Shown here piece by piece: positions 54,339 to 64,000 of a stretch of 64,000 nucleotides of DNA. Position 1 is the stretch's first letter. Each line of letters begins with the position of its first letter. Source of the stretch: Cycas panzhihuaensis (lineage: Eukaryota > Plantae > Cycadophyta); the NCBI GenBank assembly GCA_023213395.1, contig CM041465.1, forward strand, positions 211,179,741-211,243,740, in the 5' to 3' direction. The notes below the pieces were generated by a model that was not told where the DNA came from, searched no databases, and worked only from the letters and a program-made list of their open reading frames with translations. Both the position numbers and the translations under genes were made by a program.

Positions 54339-54356
54339 TCCCTAGTATGGTCGCTA
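54339..54356 (-). promoter_or_regulatory. PBS of E1
   Basis: Minus strand TAGCGACCATACTAGGGA, 1 nt after the LTR end; resembles the TGGCGAC...GGGGA PBS of Tat/Ogre elements. Confidence 0.7.
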
Positions 54357-54357
54357 G

Positions 54358-57300
54358 TGGAGTCACACTTCGGGGGTAACTAAACTTAGATGAGATCAAG
54401 TGGATGAAATCACCTACAAAGGGCATTTGTGTATCGAAACACGTGTTCGAGACACTCAAATAGCGTGTGAACTTCCTTTGAGGTATCTCTACCTCAATTA
54501 AGAGTGATGGGTATATGAGGGATATCCTCAGTTTCCCAAGTAATCTTAAAGAGAAGGGCCCTCCTACCCTTGGGTGGCCAAAGGAGGTAGGAAAAGAGGA
54601 GTGCAGGATAGTTCCTTGTGTAGGAAAGAGAGTGAAGGAGGTGGTTTTAGTAAAAAAAGAAAAGAATAGCACACACATAAGGAGTTAGTGGGATGGCTAG
54701 ACTCACTGGTTAGGTATCGACTTAAAGGCCGGACTAAAGTAGCCTAGCCAAGATGGCTAGAGAGGATAAAGAAGGCACTGAAAAGGGTGGTACCCTTAAG
54801 GCGCCAAATCTAAAAGGATCCTAGGGATATGAACCAATGAAAGGAGTGTCTCAAGGTTTTATGTTTGTCGGTTATAATGCAAAGTAGTATAAAAGAGTTA
54901 TGGTGCTCGCAACAATGTGTCCTTATATACAAGAATTTGTTAAGTAAGGGAACTATACAAGGTTTTCACTCATTTGTCTCTCACGCATACATCCTCACTC
55001 TCATTATCTTTTGAACACGAAGAAAGAGAGATAGCAAGGTAGCTATATAATGTGAGACATGCACAAAAGATGCAAGTTCAATAAGCAATGAAACCAAGTA
55101 GGTGTGTAAATGTGTAGGGTTCTAGTTACATGAACTTCATCAAGCAAGTAGGCAAAATATCTAAGTGCAAATGGCCTAAACTAGTTCTTCTTCTATTCCT
55201 TTCCTTAAATGATGTGTGGGCAAAAGGAAGAAAGCAAGGGAGGAGGATTAAGGGAAGCGTAAGGCGCACTGGAACTAGGGAGCCGATAGTAGAGTTGCCC
55301 TTGTTGTGCTTACTTTCCTTGTTCTACCCCAACCATGGGCTACGAATGGAATGGTGACGATGAAGAGGGGTGGGGGCTTCCTTACCTTCCCCCAAGTCAA
55401 TAGGAAATAGAAAAGGGGAAGAAAGTATTATAAGAAAAAGAAAGCAAAAGTAATTACCATTATATCTTATAACTTGAAGACCCAAAAGAAATAATGGTTG
55501 GAAAGGTGGGGCATACCTAGATCGAGATTCCCTACTTCCTCTCCATACACAACAAGGCATCAACCCACAATCAAGTGATGTTTGCCCTTTCCCAAGGGTA
55601 GGAAGTATATCTGGGACATATGTACAATATGGCGTAACAATATGATATATGATATTTTAGCCAAAAGAAATATTTTTTAGCATAATACCACTTCTTACTC
55701 CTTTTATAATGTCTAGTAAACAATAAAGGAGAAAAAGGGGGGACAAGGGAGAAGGATGATAGCTAGCCTCGAGATGGCTAACCATATGGATCTATAATAC
55801 TCCACGTTGTCTAAGTACCAGGGAGATAAGGGAGAGTGAATGTAACAGACTCTTAGAATGCAAGGAAACTAGTTGTGAAGATGTTGCACTTCGTCGTCAA
55901 TGTTGCAAAAGTCATAAAGTACAACTTTTACAACCTCAACAATGTCTAAAACCAAGGTACAAGAAAAGTATGGAATGGGGTTGGAATCCCACTCATGTAA
56001 GGCCTACAAGGCCGGTAGCAAGTGCGAATGGGTTGTCACGCCATCGCCATGATTACCTTCTTTCCAATAGCCCTTGGGAGCCCAAGGGAAGCATAAGGAA
56101 GGAAGAGGTGAGGAGAGAAGGGGGTTCCTTTAAGGAGGAGACCTACTAGGTATGGAACCTTGCCTTTGCTCTTTTCACTGTGAGTACCTCTTCCTTCTTG
56201 CCTTCTTGGAGAAACCAGAAGAAACCAAAAAAAAAAAGAAGTAAATAGGAAGGGAGGGTTTGCCTATAGTTTATGGTGGAAAAGTAGAGAAAAGTTTACT
56301 AATAATTGAATTTTATAATGTTTAAAGGAAAAGGAAACAAACTACTGCTCAGAGGTATACATTATGGGTAGATCACGGTAGATCCACCTAAGAAACGAGA
56401 GGAAAAGGCCCCCTATGGGGTTTACAGCGAAACCCCAAGGAGCAGAAGTTGAAAGGAACTTGGAGTGAGATGGGAGATCTACACTTGATGAAGTACTTGT
56501 AGTATGTCCTACCCTTCACTAGCCATGGTGCAGCCCTGCTACTGCATCTAGAGTTGTAGAGGACCGGTGGCTAGCTAAGAAGTTCATAATGGTAAAATTT
56601 TCTTATTACAACTCATTTCTAGAGAGAATGGTGTAAAAACTTGAGTGAGAGAGCCAAGAAGAAGTGAAATGATATTATTTGTAGGTTTTAAAACCAACCC
56701 TAGATCAATCGAGTGATTAAGATTCTACCTAGGCTAGGAATAGGTCATCGCCATATGGCAATTTCACAATAAATGCAAAATTAGCCATGGTAGATTTTAA
56801 AAATAAGTTGTAATAGTGCCTGGTAAACTTAGCGGTACCACAAAATTTGTAGTGGTACCATGAAGTTTAATGTGGTGGAAGAAACATTAGAAAAATAAAG
56901 GGAGGAGATCCTAGGAGCTCCAAATAGAGGGAAATTCAGCTAGAGAGACATGGCACCTGCCTAGGTGGCGTGAAAGGTCGTGGGGTTTGGGAGAGCCTAT
57001 AACAGATAAGTATTAAAGGAAAAAGGTTCCCAGAAGAGTCAACAAACAAGTGGGGATGTCAACCAAAGCCTAGGCGAGGTGCTAAGGATCATGATGCAAT
57101 CGACAAGTGGTGTGATTATACTATTGAGGCCAAGTGGTACTTGGAAACATTATGGTAACATGGAGGAGGGTCATGGACTTCCATGGGATATGTATCCCTA
57201 GATTGTCATTGGGTGAGAGAGTGCTAAGATGCAATATAGCCAAGGTTGAATGCATAATAATCATGCGGTGAATCAATAATCATGTAATACAAATACAATG

Positions 57301-57396
57301 CTTCAATCCACCTTTCACGAACTAATAAAGGCGGGGTTAGAAACATACGATACTTGAGTCGACTCATCCATGTCTATTCACGATAGCCAAGAAACA
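54358..57396 (-). repeat. E1 5' LTR (~3.04 kb)
   Basis: TG...CA ends, adjacent PBS, colinear with 40648-43451. Confidence 0.9.
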
Positions 57397-60300
57397 ATGG
57401 GCCCATGCCAAACTCTACGGTACTGTAGAGTTTGACATAAGGCAAAGGTAGATAAGTGGAAAAGAAGGAAGGAAACATGAGAGGATGGCTAGCTCAACTA
57501 AGTGGAGCAAGAGGTATCCTAAGGGCAATTAGACATGGTGTGAGCGATATATGGACCGATTCCTACGTTGTTTTATAGGCGTTATCATGGTGGAAAATTA
57601 CGAGAACGTAGGAGTCACCATGATGAGTTTCATTAAGATGATGTCCTATAGAGATAAAGTGATATTGGGATGTTGCGGGCTTTTGAAGATTATCAAGATG
57701 CCACAATACATATCAAATCGGTGTCTCCTAGTAGATATAGTTTCCCATTGGGATCATAGGTGATACATTTTCCATCTCCCTAGGTAGGAGATATCACTAT
57801 CACCCAGGAGATATCCAAAGGATACTAGGGGTACCAACAGAGGAGCACCGAGATTGTTAGCACATTGCCCAGCTTAAGCCGTACATATAGAGGAAGCCAC
57901 CTATTTCATAGGCCAAGGCAGATGGGATCGACGGGGGGTGTCGGTATAGACTATGGTGATGTCCAAGATTCCTTGGGTGAGGAAACTTATCACTCTAGAC
58001 ATTCTGTTCCAAATCTCCGGAAACAGAACTATAGGGACATCCAAGGCGTGGATGGCTACGGTGAAGCGGTATGAGGTAGGAGAGAGATCGGGTGGGCCAC
58101 CCTAATAGCGGCGAATGTGGTTGCTCAACTAGATGCTATCCGAGTGGTGGGAAAAGGTGGCTTTTCATATTGTACCTTGCTATAGTGTTGGTTATTTTAT
58201 CACTTTGAGGCAAGGGCACCACCGGAGGGCCTCATCCTATTTCAAAGACAAGAACCCATGGTGCACAGTGGCAAACTTGGTTTAGGGGAACCAAGAATTA
58301 GGTTCATGTTAGGAGATCTGGAGGCAACATCACTAGACCTCCTCACCGGTAGACTATATAGTATATCCATATATAGGGGTGCATTGGGATAGCGGCGATG
58401 CAACATGGGAGTTAGGAGGTGACCTAGGTGAGGGTGGAGGTGACAATGGAGGTAATGGGGCTAATACATCATGAGCTATGGGAGGAGTGGCGGGTCTTTC
58501 AAGAGCTACAGGAGAGGATGATCCACCAAAGGTAGAGAGAGAGGGTAGGCGTAACTTTGGTGATGGTGGTGGCAATGGTAGTGGTAGCGAGCGGCGATAA
58601 GCTGCAGAGACAAAGGAGAGGAGGCGGAGAGGTCTCGGCAGCTAGGAGGTAGGAGAGGTAGTACCAGGCCGAGGAGGGTGGTCTAGTAACTAAGGGAGCT
58701 CCTATGGAGGAGGTAGTTATTAGGGTCAAGGAGTCGCTTATCCCAAGAGATGAGACACTACCCTTTCCTCGACGCCTTTCAACTACCAGCTACTTAGATA
58801 ACTTACTTTGATTTGATTTTAAGATTTTGATATATAGATATATAAACTAATACATGGTACATGCAGTTCGGCAAGAGCAAGAGAGATGATGAGGTTGGTG
58901 GAGGTGATAGTCCAAAGAGTTATTCCCTAGATCTATATGGAGGGATAACCTCCCATCATAACTAGAGAGGAGCCTCGATCAAGAGGGGCACACACGGTAG
59001 CATCTGGTCCCATTGACTAGGGCCATGGATATGTAGACAGAGGAGTCCTGTGAGCACCATATGAGGGTTGGATAGCTATAGGAGGAGATGGATGGGATCT
59101 ACATGAGAGGGACCGACAGTCGAGAGAGGGACATCGACGAGGCAAGGTCCAGCTCTAGAGACTCGTGGAGGAGGAGCGATAGGTGGAGATGTAAAGAGCC
59201 ACACGAGGACTATTATCTTTGGTGGAGAGGCTCGATGAGTGGAGGAGAAACTCGAGGAGTGCAGGGGAGAGGGATCATATCTAAGCATGATACAATCAGC
59301 TAGTGGAGCAGGTTGCCATGAGATCATCACGAGTAGGACACAACCACATGATGGTGATGACCTCGAGGAGGCCTCGGGACAAGGGGAGTGAGGCGGTGCA
59401 ATTAGTGGCGATGAGAGGAGCCTAGGAGGCATGTGGTCTCTTGGGGAGGGGTTACAGAGGCCATGAGATGATACCCCCGAGAGTGGGACATTGAGGAGCT
59501 AGACATACTTATTAGTTTTAAGCAGAAAGCATTGAACCTCTAGGAGTCACCATATGTTGATACATGATTATACTTCTCGCAAGGATTCCAACTCTATGAG
59601 GATGATGTACTATATGGCTTTATACAATATGATTCATTGTATATATATGGACGGGCTGATTGGCACCCCATTTAGTCCATGATGATGGTGTTATGATGAT
59701 TTTGTGATGTTGCATTTGTTATTTATTTATTTACTTATTCATATGCATGGAGAGGTGGATGCATACAGATATGGGCACATAGGTACACGAGGAACTATGC
59801 ATCATGATTATTTTAGTCGATTACTATACATTTTTTGTTGTAGATCATTTGGGTGATACTCACGCTTCTTTTTATGTATGACCTCACTCGTAGTGGGCAC
59901 ACACGACCACTATATGTGTAGGTAATATGCATGTGTGAGGCTAAGAGAGGGAGGATTATATGTATCCATCAAAGGAGCATAATGGATATGCAAAAGAAGT
60001 GATCGTAAAGAGGGAGTATAGATACTCAAGTAAGAGGGCCTAGTTGGGGTACATTTCTAGACTCAAGAGCGATGGAAACTTACATATCCAACTAGGAGGA
60101 AAGGTTCCCCTAGGAAAGAAACAAAAGATACAGTACAAATGACAGAATTATGAAAATGAGGGGCCACCCTGTGCTACCATCCTACCTGTGGTTAGGGAAA
60201 ATAGGGACATGCTTAGGGTGGTAGTTTAGGCTTATTTCAGAGCGAGGAAGGAAGAAAAGGTGTGCCCAGTTTACTTGGGAGTAGAGAAGGTCACACATAG

Positions 60301-61486
60301 AATTTCTTTAGGAACTTATTGTTAATAGCATTTTCAAACTCAATACCTTCTAGGGTTACAATCCTATAGGCGCCATTGTCAAGACTTTCGAGAACAACAA
60401 AAGGGCCAACCCATTTAAGTCTAAATTTGGATAAGCAATCATGGAGATACTCTAATTTAAGGACATGGTCCCCGTGATGAAAGGGGCAAGGGCGAAGGCA
60501 TTTGTCATACATTCTTTGCACCCTATCTTTAGAGGCGAGATTCATTTGACAAGTGGTCAAACGTCTCTTATCCAAGGTGCGAGGTCTAGGAGGTGGGCTC
60601 GGCGGTGGGACTCCTCATTGATGAGACCTTAAAGGGAAATATGCAAGGAAGGAATTTCAACTTCCAAAGGAAGGACCACCTCAGTTCCATATATAAGGGA
60701 GAATGGGGTCATCCCTGTGGCTATGTGGATGGAAGTGTGGTACGCCCATAGGGCAGAAGGAAGTTGAAGATGTCAATCCTTTTGAGAATAGGCAACGCTT
60801 TTCTTCATGATGTTTATGAGAGTTTTGTTGAATGATTCGATTTAGCCATTGGCTTAGGGTAATAAGGAGAGGAGGTTTTGTGAGATATCCTAAACTTGCT
60901 ACAAAGCTCATCCATTTCTTTATTATAGAAGAGAGTTCTATTATATGTGATCAAGACATCGTGAACCCTTAATTGGCGGATAATATCTTGGTAGACAAAG
61001 TAGTTATCGTCCTACTAAAAGTGAAGGACATGGGGACCGCTTTGGCCCATTTAGTAAAGTATTATGTTGCAGTCAAGATGAACTTGTGTTATGATGAAGA
61101 AGAAGGGATTATGGCCCCAATAAAGTCTAATCCCCATTGGGAGAAAGGCCATGGAGAGATAATAAGGTGTAAGGCCTTGAAAGGAAAACATATAACGTTG
61201 GCATGCTCTTAACACCTACGACATTGTAAGGCATAGGCATTAGAGTCCTTGAAAAGAGATGGCTAATAGTAACCCATGCAAAGGTTCCTCTATGCTATGG
61301 ATTAGCCCCAAAGTAGCCCCTACAAATTTCATTGTAGCACTTGTGAAGTATTTAGTTTGATTCATCCAAAGTTGATGCAAGAAAGGAGGACCTTATTGAA
61401 CGATTTCTTGTACAACACCCCTTCCATGAGGAAGTACCGCCTTGCAAGAGACCTAACGCGTGACCTTACCTTATCACTAGCACTAG
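57397..61486 (-). mobile_element. Tat-like gypsy E0, continuation (PMD region and integrase)
   Basis: Colinear with E1 45615-48740. Integrase C-terminus KFRLKWVGPF (60291-60575). Cut at 61487 by a copia LTR. Confidence 0.88.
57570..59300 (+). pseudogene. PMD ORF of E0, antisense, longer than in E1 and possibly spliced
   Basis: VILGCCGLLKIIKMPQYISNRCLLVDIVSHWDHR*YIFHLP*VGDITITPGDIQRILGVP. AT-rich tract ending TGCAG at 58866. Downstream EDYYLWWR resembles the PMD C-terminal Y..W motif. Confidence 0.8.
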
Positions 61487-64000
61487 TGTAGGAAAAAGAA
61501 TTTGCAGGAGAATATGGCTAAACATAGAAATGTAATCACATAGATCAATATTGCAATATATCAATGTAGTATAAACCGAAAATCCATTGTAGTCATTCTA
61601 TTATAGTAAAGAGAGTTACAAATTTTCCAAATAAGGGCGATCTAAAGACACTAGGGTTTTACTCCCTCAATATTTATAATTTGGGGCAGGAGGGAAACTT
61701 CTCAACCCCTAAATTCAAAGTAATAATAAAATAATTTTAACTTAACTCAAATGAAACTAACTTGAATCAAAGTTAAACTTACTTTAAGTTACCTCAACAT
61801 ATTGAGTATCACATGTCTAAATTAAGGTTGATGATGTGTACAATCCTAGTTGGAAAGGTGGGAGTGGAGTGATGATGATTAACTCTAACATTCTCCCCCT
61901 TAATGTCATCACGAATACTTATATCTTTTCCTTGAACTTATGGAACTTGTACTTGAAAAAAACTTTAAAATTTTGATCTTTATCAACATGCTTCAACCTT
62001 CTTACAACATGTGTCTTTGTATCATGAAGTAATTTTAAAAAGTTGTGAGTAAATTATGCTTGATCCAAGTATGTATGTATAGATGCAACTTTGACTTTGT
62101 TAATTGGAACATTGAGAAAAACTTAAATTTAAACTTTATCTTTTGTAATCTGTATGCTATCAACAATTGTCATATCATAAAATTCATTTTTGTCATATCA
62201 GATTCATTCTCCATCATGTCATAGGATTCATTCTCCTCAAATAGAGATCAAATCCTTATGTAGCAAGTTGGTCCCGCATTTGATATGAATCTTCATTGGT
62301 TTTATTATCATAATCCACATGTTCACTGTCTCACATGCTCAACAAAATAACATCAAATACAAGGAGGGTATCTCCCCATGAGTGGAAATTAAAATATCCC
62401 AAATAGATTTAGAGGTCATTAATTCACAAACCTTTGAAAAACATCATCATGAATAGTACAAAATAATAATGCTAATGCTTCACTATCCTTTCTAATGTTT
62501 TCCTTAATACTAACATCATAGTCATCTTACAAATATTTCCATAAATCATGCAATAAAATAGTTTTTATAATCTTGTGCCATTCTAAAAAATTTTGCCCAT
62601 CAAATATAGGTAATTGTGCCATGTTATCAAAAAATATAGTATATAAAAATAAATATGCTCTTATCAAATCAAAAATCAATAAGCCAATGAACATATATGA
62701 TTTCAAATAAATTTTTGAAAGAGATGTAATGCCTTTTAAAATGAATCAATCAATGCAATCTTTACAAGTGCAATAAGAAAATAATCTTTGCAATAATGAT
62801 AAATGCTCTCAAATCAATAACTCGAAGAATGAAAAGTTTATATGATGTCAAATATACTCTTGAAAAGAAATATAATACATCAATGAATATATATGATTTT
62901 AAATGAACCTTTTGATTTTTCAAATGGATAAATGTAAAACTTTCAATCAATAAATCCTTAGACTTCATAATAATATATAATATTGAAATTAAAATATATA
63001 TGAGTATTTTCACTTTGAAAATAATGATATGTAGAAATTCTTTAATAAAAAGTAATATACTCCTTAAAGCAAGGTTTAAAGGATAACCTCAAGTTTGATA
63101 GCTTCAAAGGTAGACTAAATGATATCAGAATAATATGAAACTTCACTAATATGAAAATAAATAAAATATAAATCCAATGAATTGACCATTTTGAAAATGG
63201 GTTCCTCAGAAGTCAAGATTTGATAAATCAAAAGTATAGGCCTCGCTTTAAGGCACAACAGAGCAGGGGCTCAAAATTGTATAAAATGGCAATAAAATAT
63301 TTAGAAAATATTGTAAAACAATCAAATATCATTTATAAGATTTATAAATATACTTTCAATTGAAAAAAATTAAAAAATTATATATAAAAAAGTGTAAATA
63401 TGGCAGGTTTAAAGCAATAAAGTACCTCTACTTTGAGTGATTTAAAAATTAGTAAAAATACATTAAAATGTATAAAAACCTATATCGATTGAAGAGAATT
63501 GAATTAGCTTCCACATGAAACTAATGGGACTAAATTTAGATGTCAAAGAGAAAAGTTATAGTGAAAATAGAAACTAGTACCTTTATAGTAAAATGATAAG
63601 AAAAATGTTAAAAACCACTAAAGTGCCAGTTTTGGTGATTAAAATAATGATAAAAATAAATTCTAAAAATTAAAATAAATACTTGACAGTAAATTTTATT
63701 GAATGTAGATCACTATGAAATAAATCTGGGTAGAAAATAGTCACCCGGTAATAAAATATAATCGATTAAAAATGATTTTGTAAAAAGTTTAAAATGGCTA
63801 AAAATGGATGATTGACTTTAAATCGATCAAACGGATGAAATCGACCAAATTGGTCATATGACCAACAAAATTAATCTACGAAATTTTTTGACCTAATGAA
63901 ATTGGTTTCGTTAGAAACAGATGCTTCAATGAGGAGTTATGGCAAAAGCAAACGCTAATAACCTTGTGTAGAATAAAAATTAAAAAAAAAGTTTATAAAA
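61487..64000 (-). mobile_element. Heavily deleted Ty1/copia (3' LTR 61487-61890, PPT, gag N-terminus)
   Basis: TGTAGG...CTAACA ends. Reverse PPT ttctccccct at 61891-61900. Minus-strand MAQLPIFDGQNFLEWHKIIKTI..DLWKYL..KDSEALALL..SKSIWDIL from 62622. Confidence 0.8.

Larger units (their letters stand above)
40648..57396 (-). mobile_element. Tat-like Ty3/gypsy element E1 (~16.7 kb), decayed, nested in E0
   Basis: Paired ~3-kb LTRs, PBS, PPT, gag-PR-RT-RH-INT, antisense PMD and aRH. Confidence 0.92.

Noticed and set aside
61475-61500. CACTAG motifs suggesting a CACTA transposon end
   Set aside because: The first aligns with the E0 integrase sequence, and the following TGTAGG starts an LTR ending at 61890 beside a PPT. 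No subterminal repeats or partner TIR.

Overview
Plant nuclear DNA, most likely from a gymnosperm (inferred from the Tat-type element architecture and the receptor kinase style). It is dominated by nested, decayed LTR retrotransposons. 1-14 kb is a stack of Ty1/copia and Ty3/gypsy remnants, including an internally deleted copia (4400-10007) whose 5' LTR is split by a 2.46-kb solo LTR with a perfect 5-bp TSD. At about 15.0 kb there is an orphan importin-alpha fragment. 15.6-36.8 kb is a ~10.5-kb tandem duplication; each unit carries a decayed copia and a disrupted non-RD LRR receptor kinase (LRR-XII, FLS2/EFR/XA21-like). 38.6-61.5 kb holds a ~16.7-kb minus-strand Tat-like gypsy element (E1, ~3-kb LTRs) nested in a related element (E0). 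Both E1 and E0 carry, between integrase and the 3' LTR, a two-gene accessory module that the ORF track mostly misses. It consists of an antisense Plant Mobile Domain (PMD) gene with its own TATA box and splice donor, head-to-head with a stand-alone archaeal-type RNase HI that has its own ATG. A palindromic AAACT...AGTTT motif is shared between this module and the LTRs. 61.5-64 kb is a heavily deleted copia. No intact protein-coding gene, RNA gene or CRISPR array was seen. Alignments were done by eye, so boundaries are approximate unless a motif is quoted.
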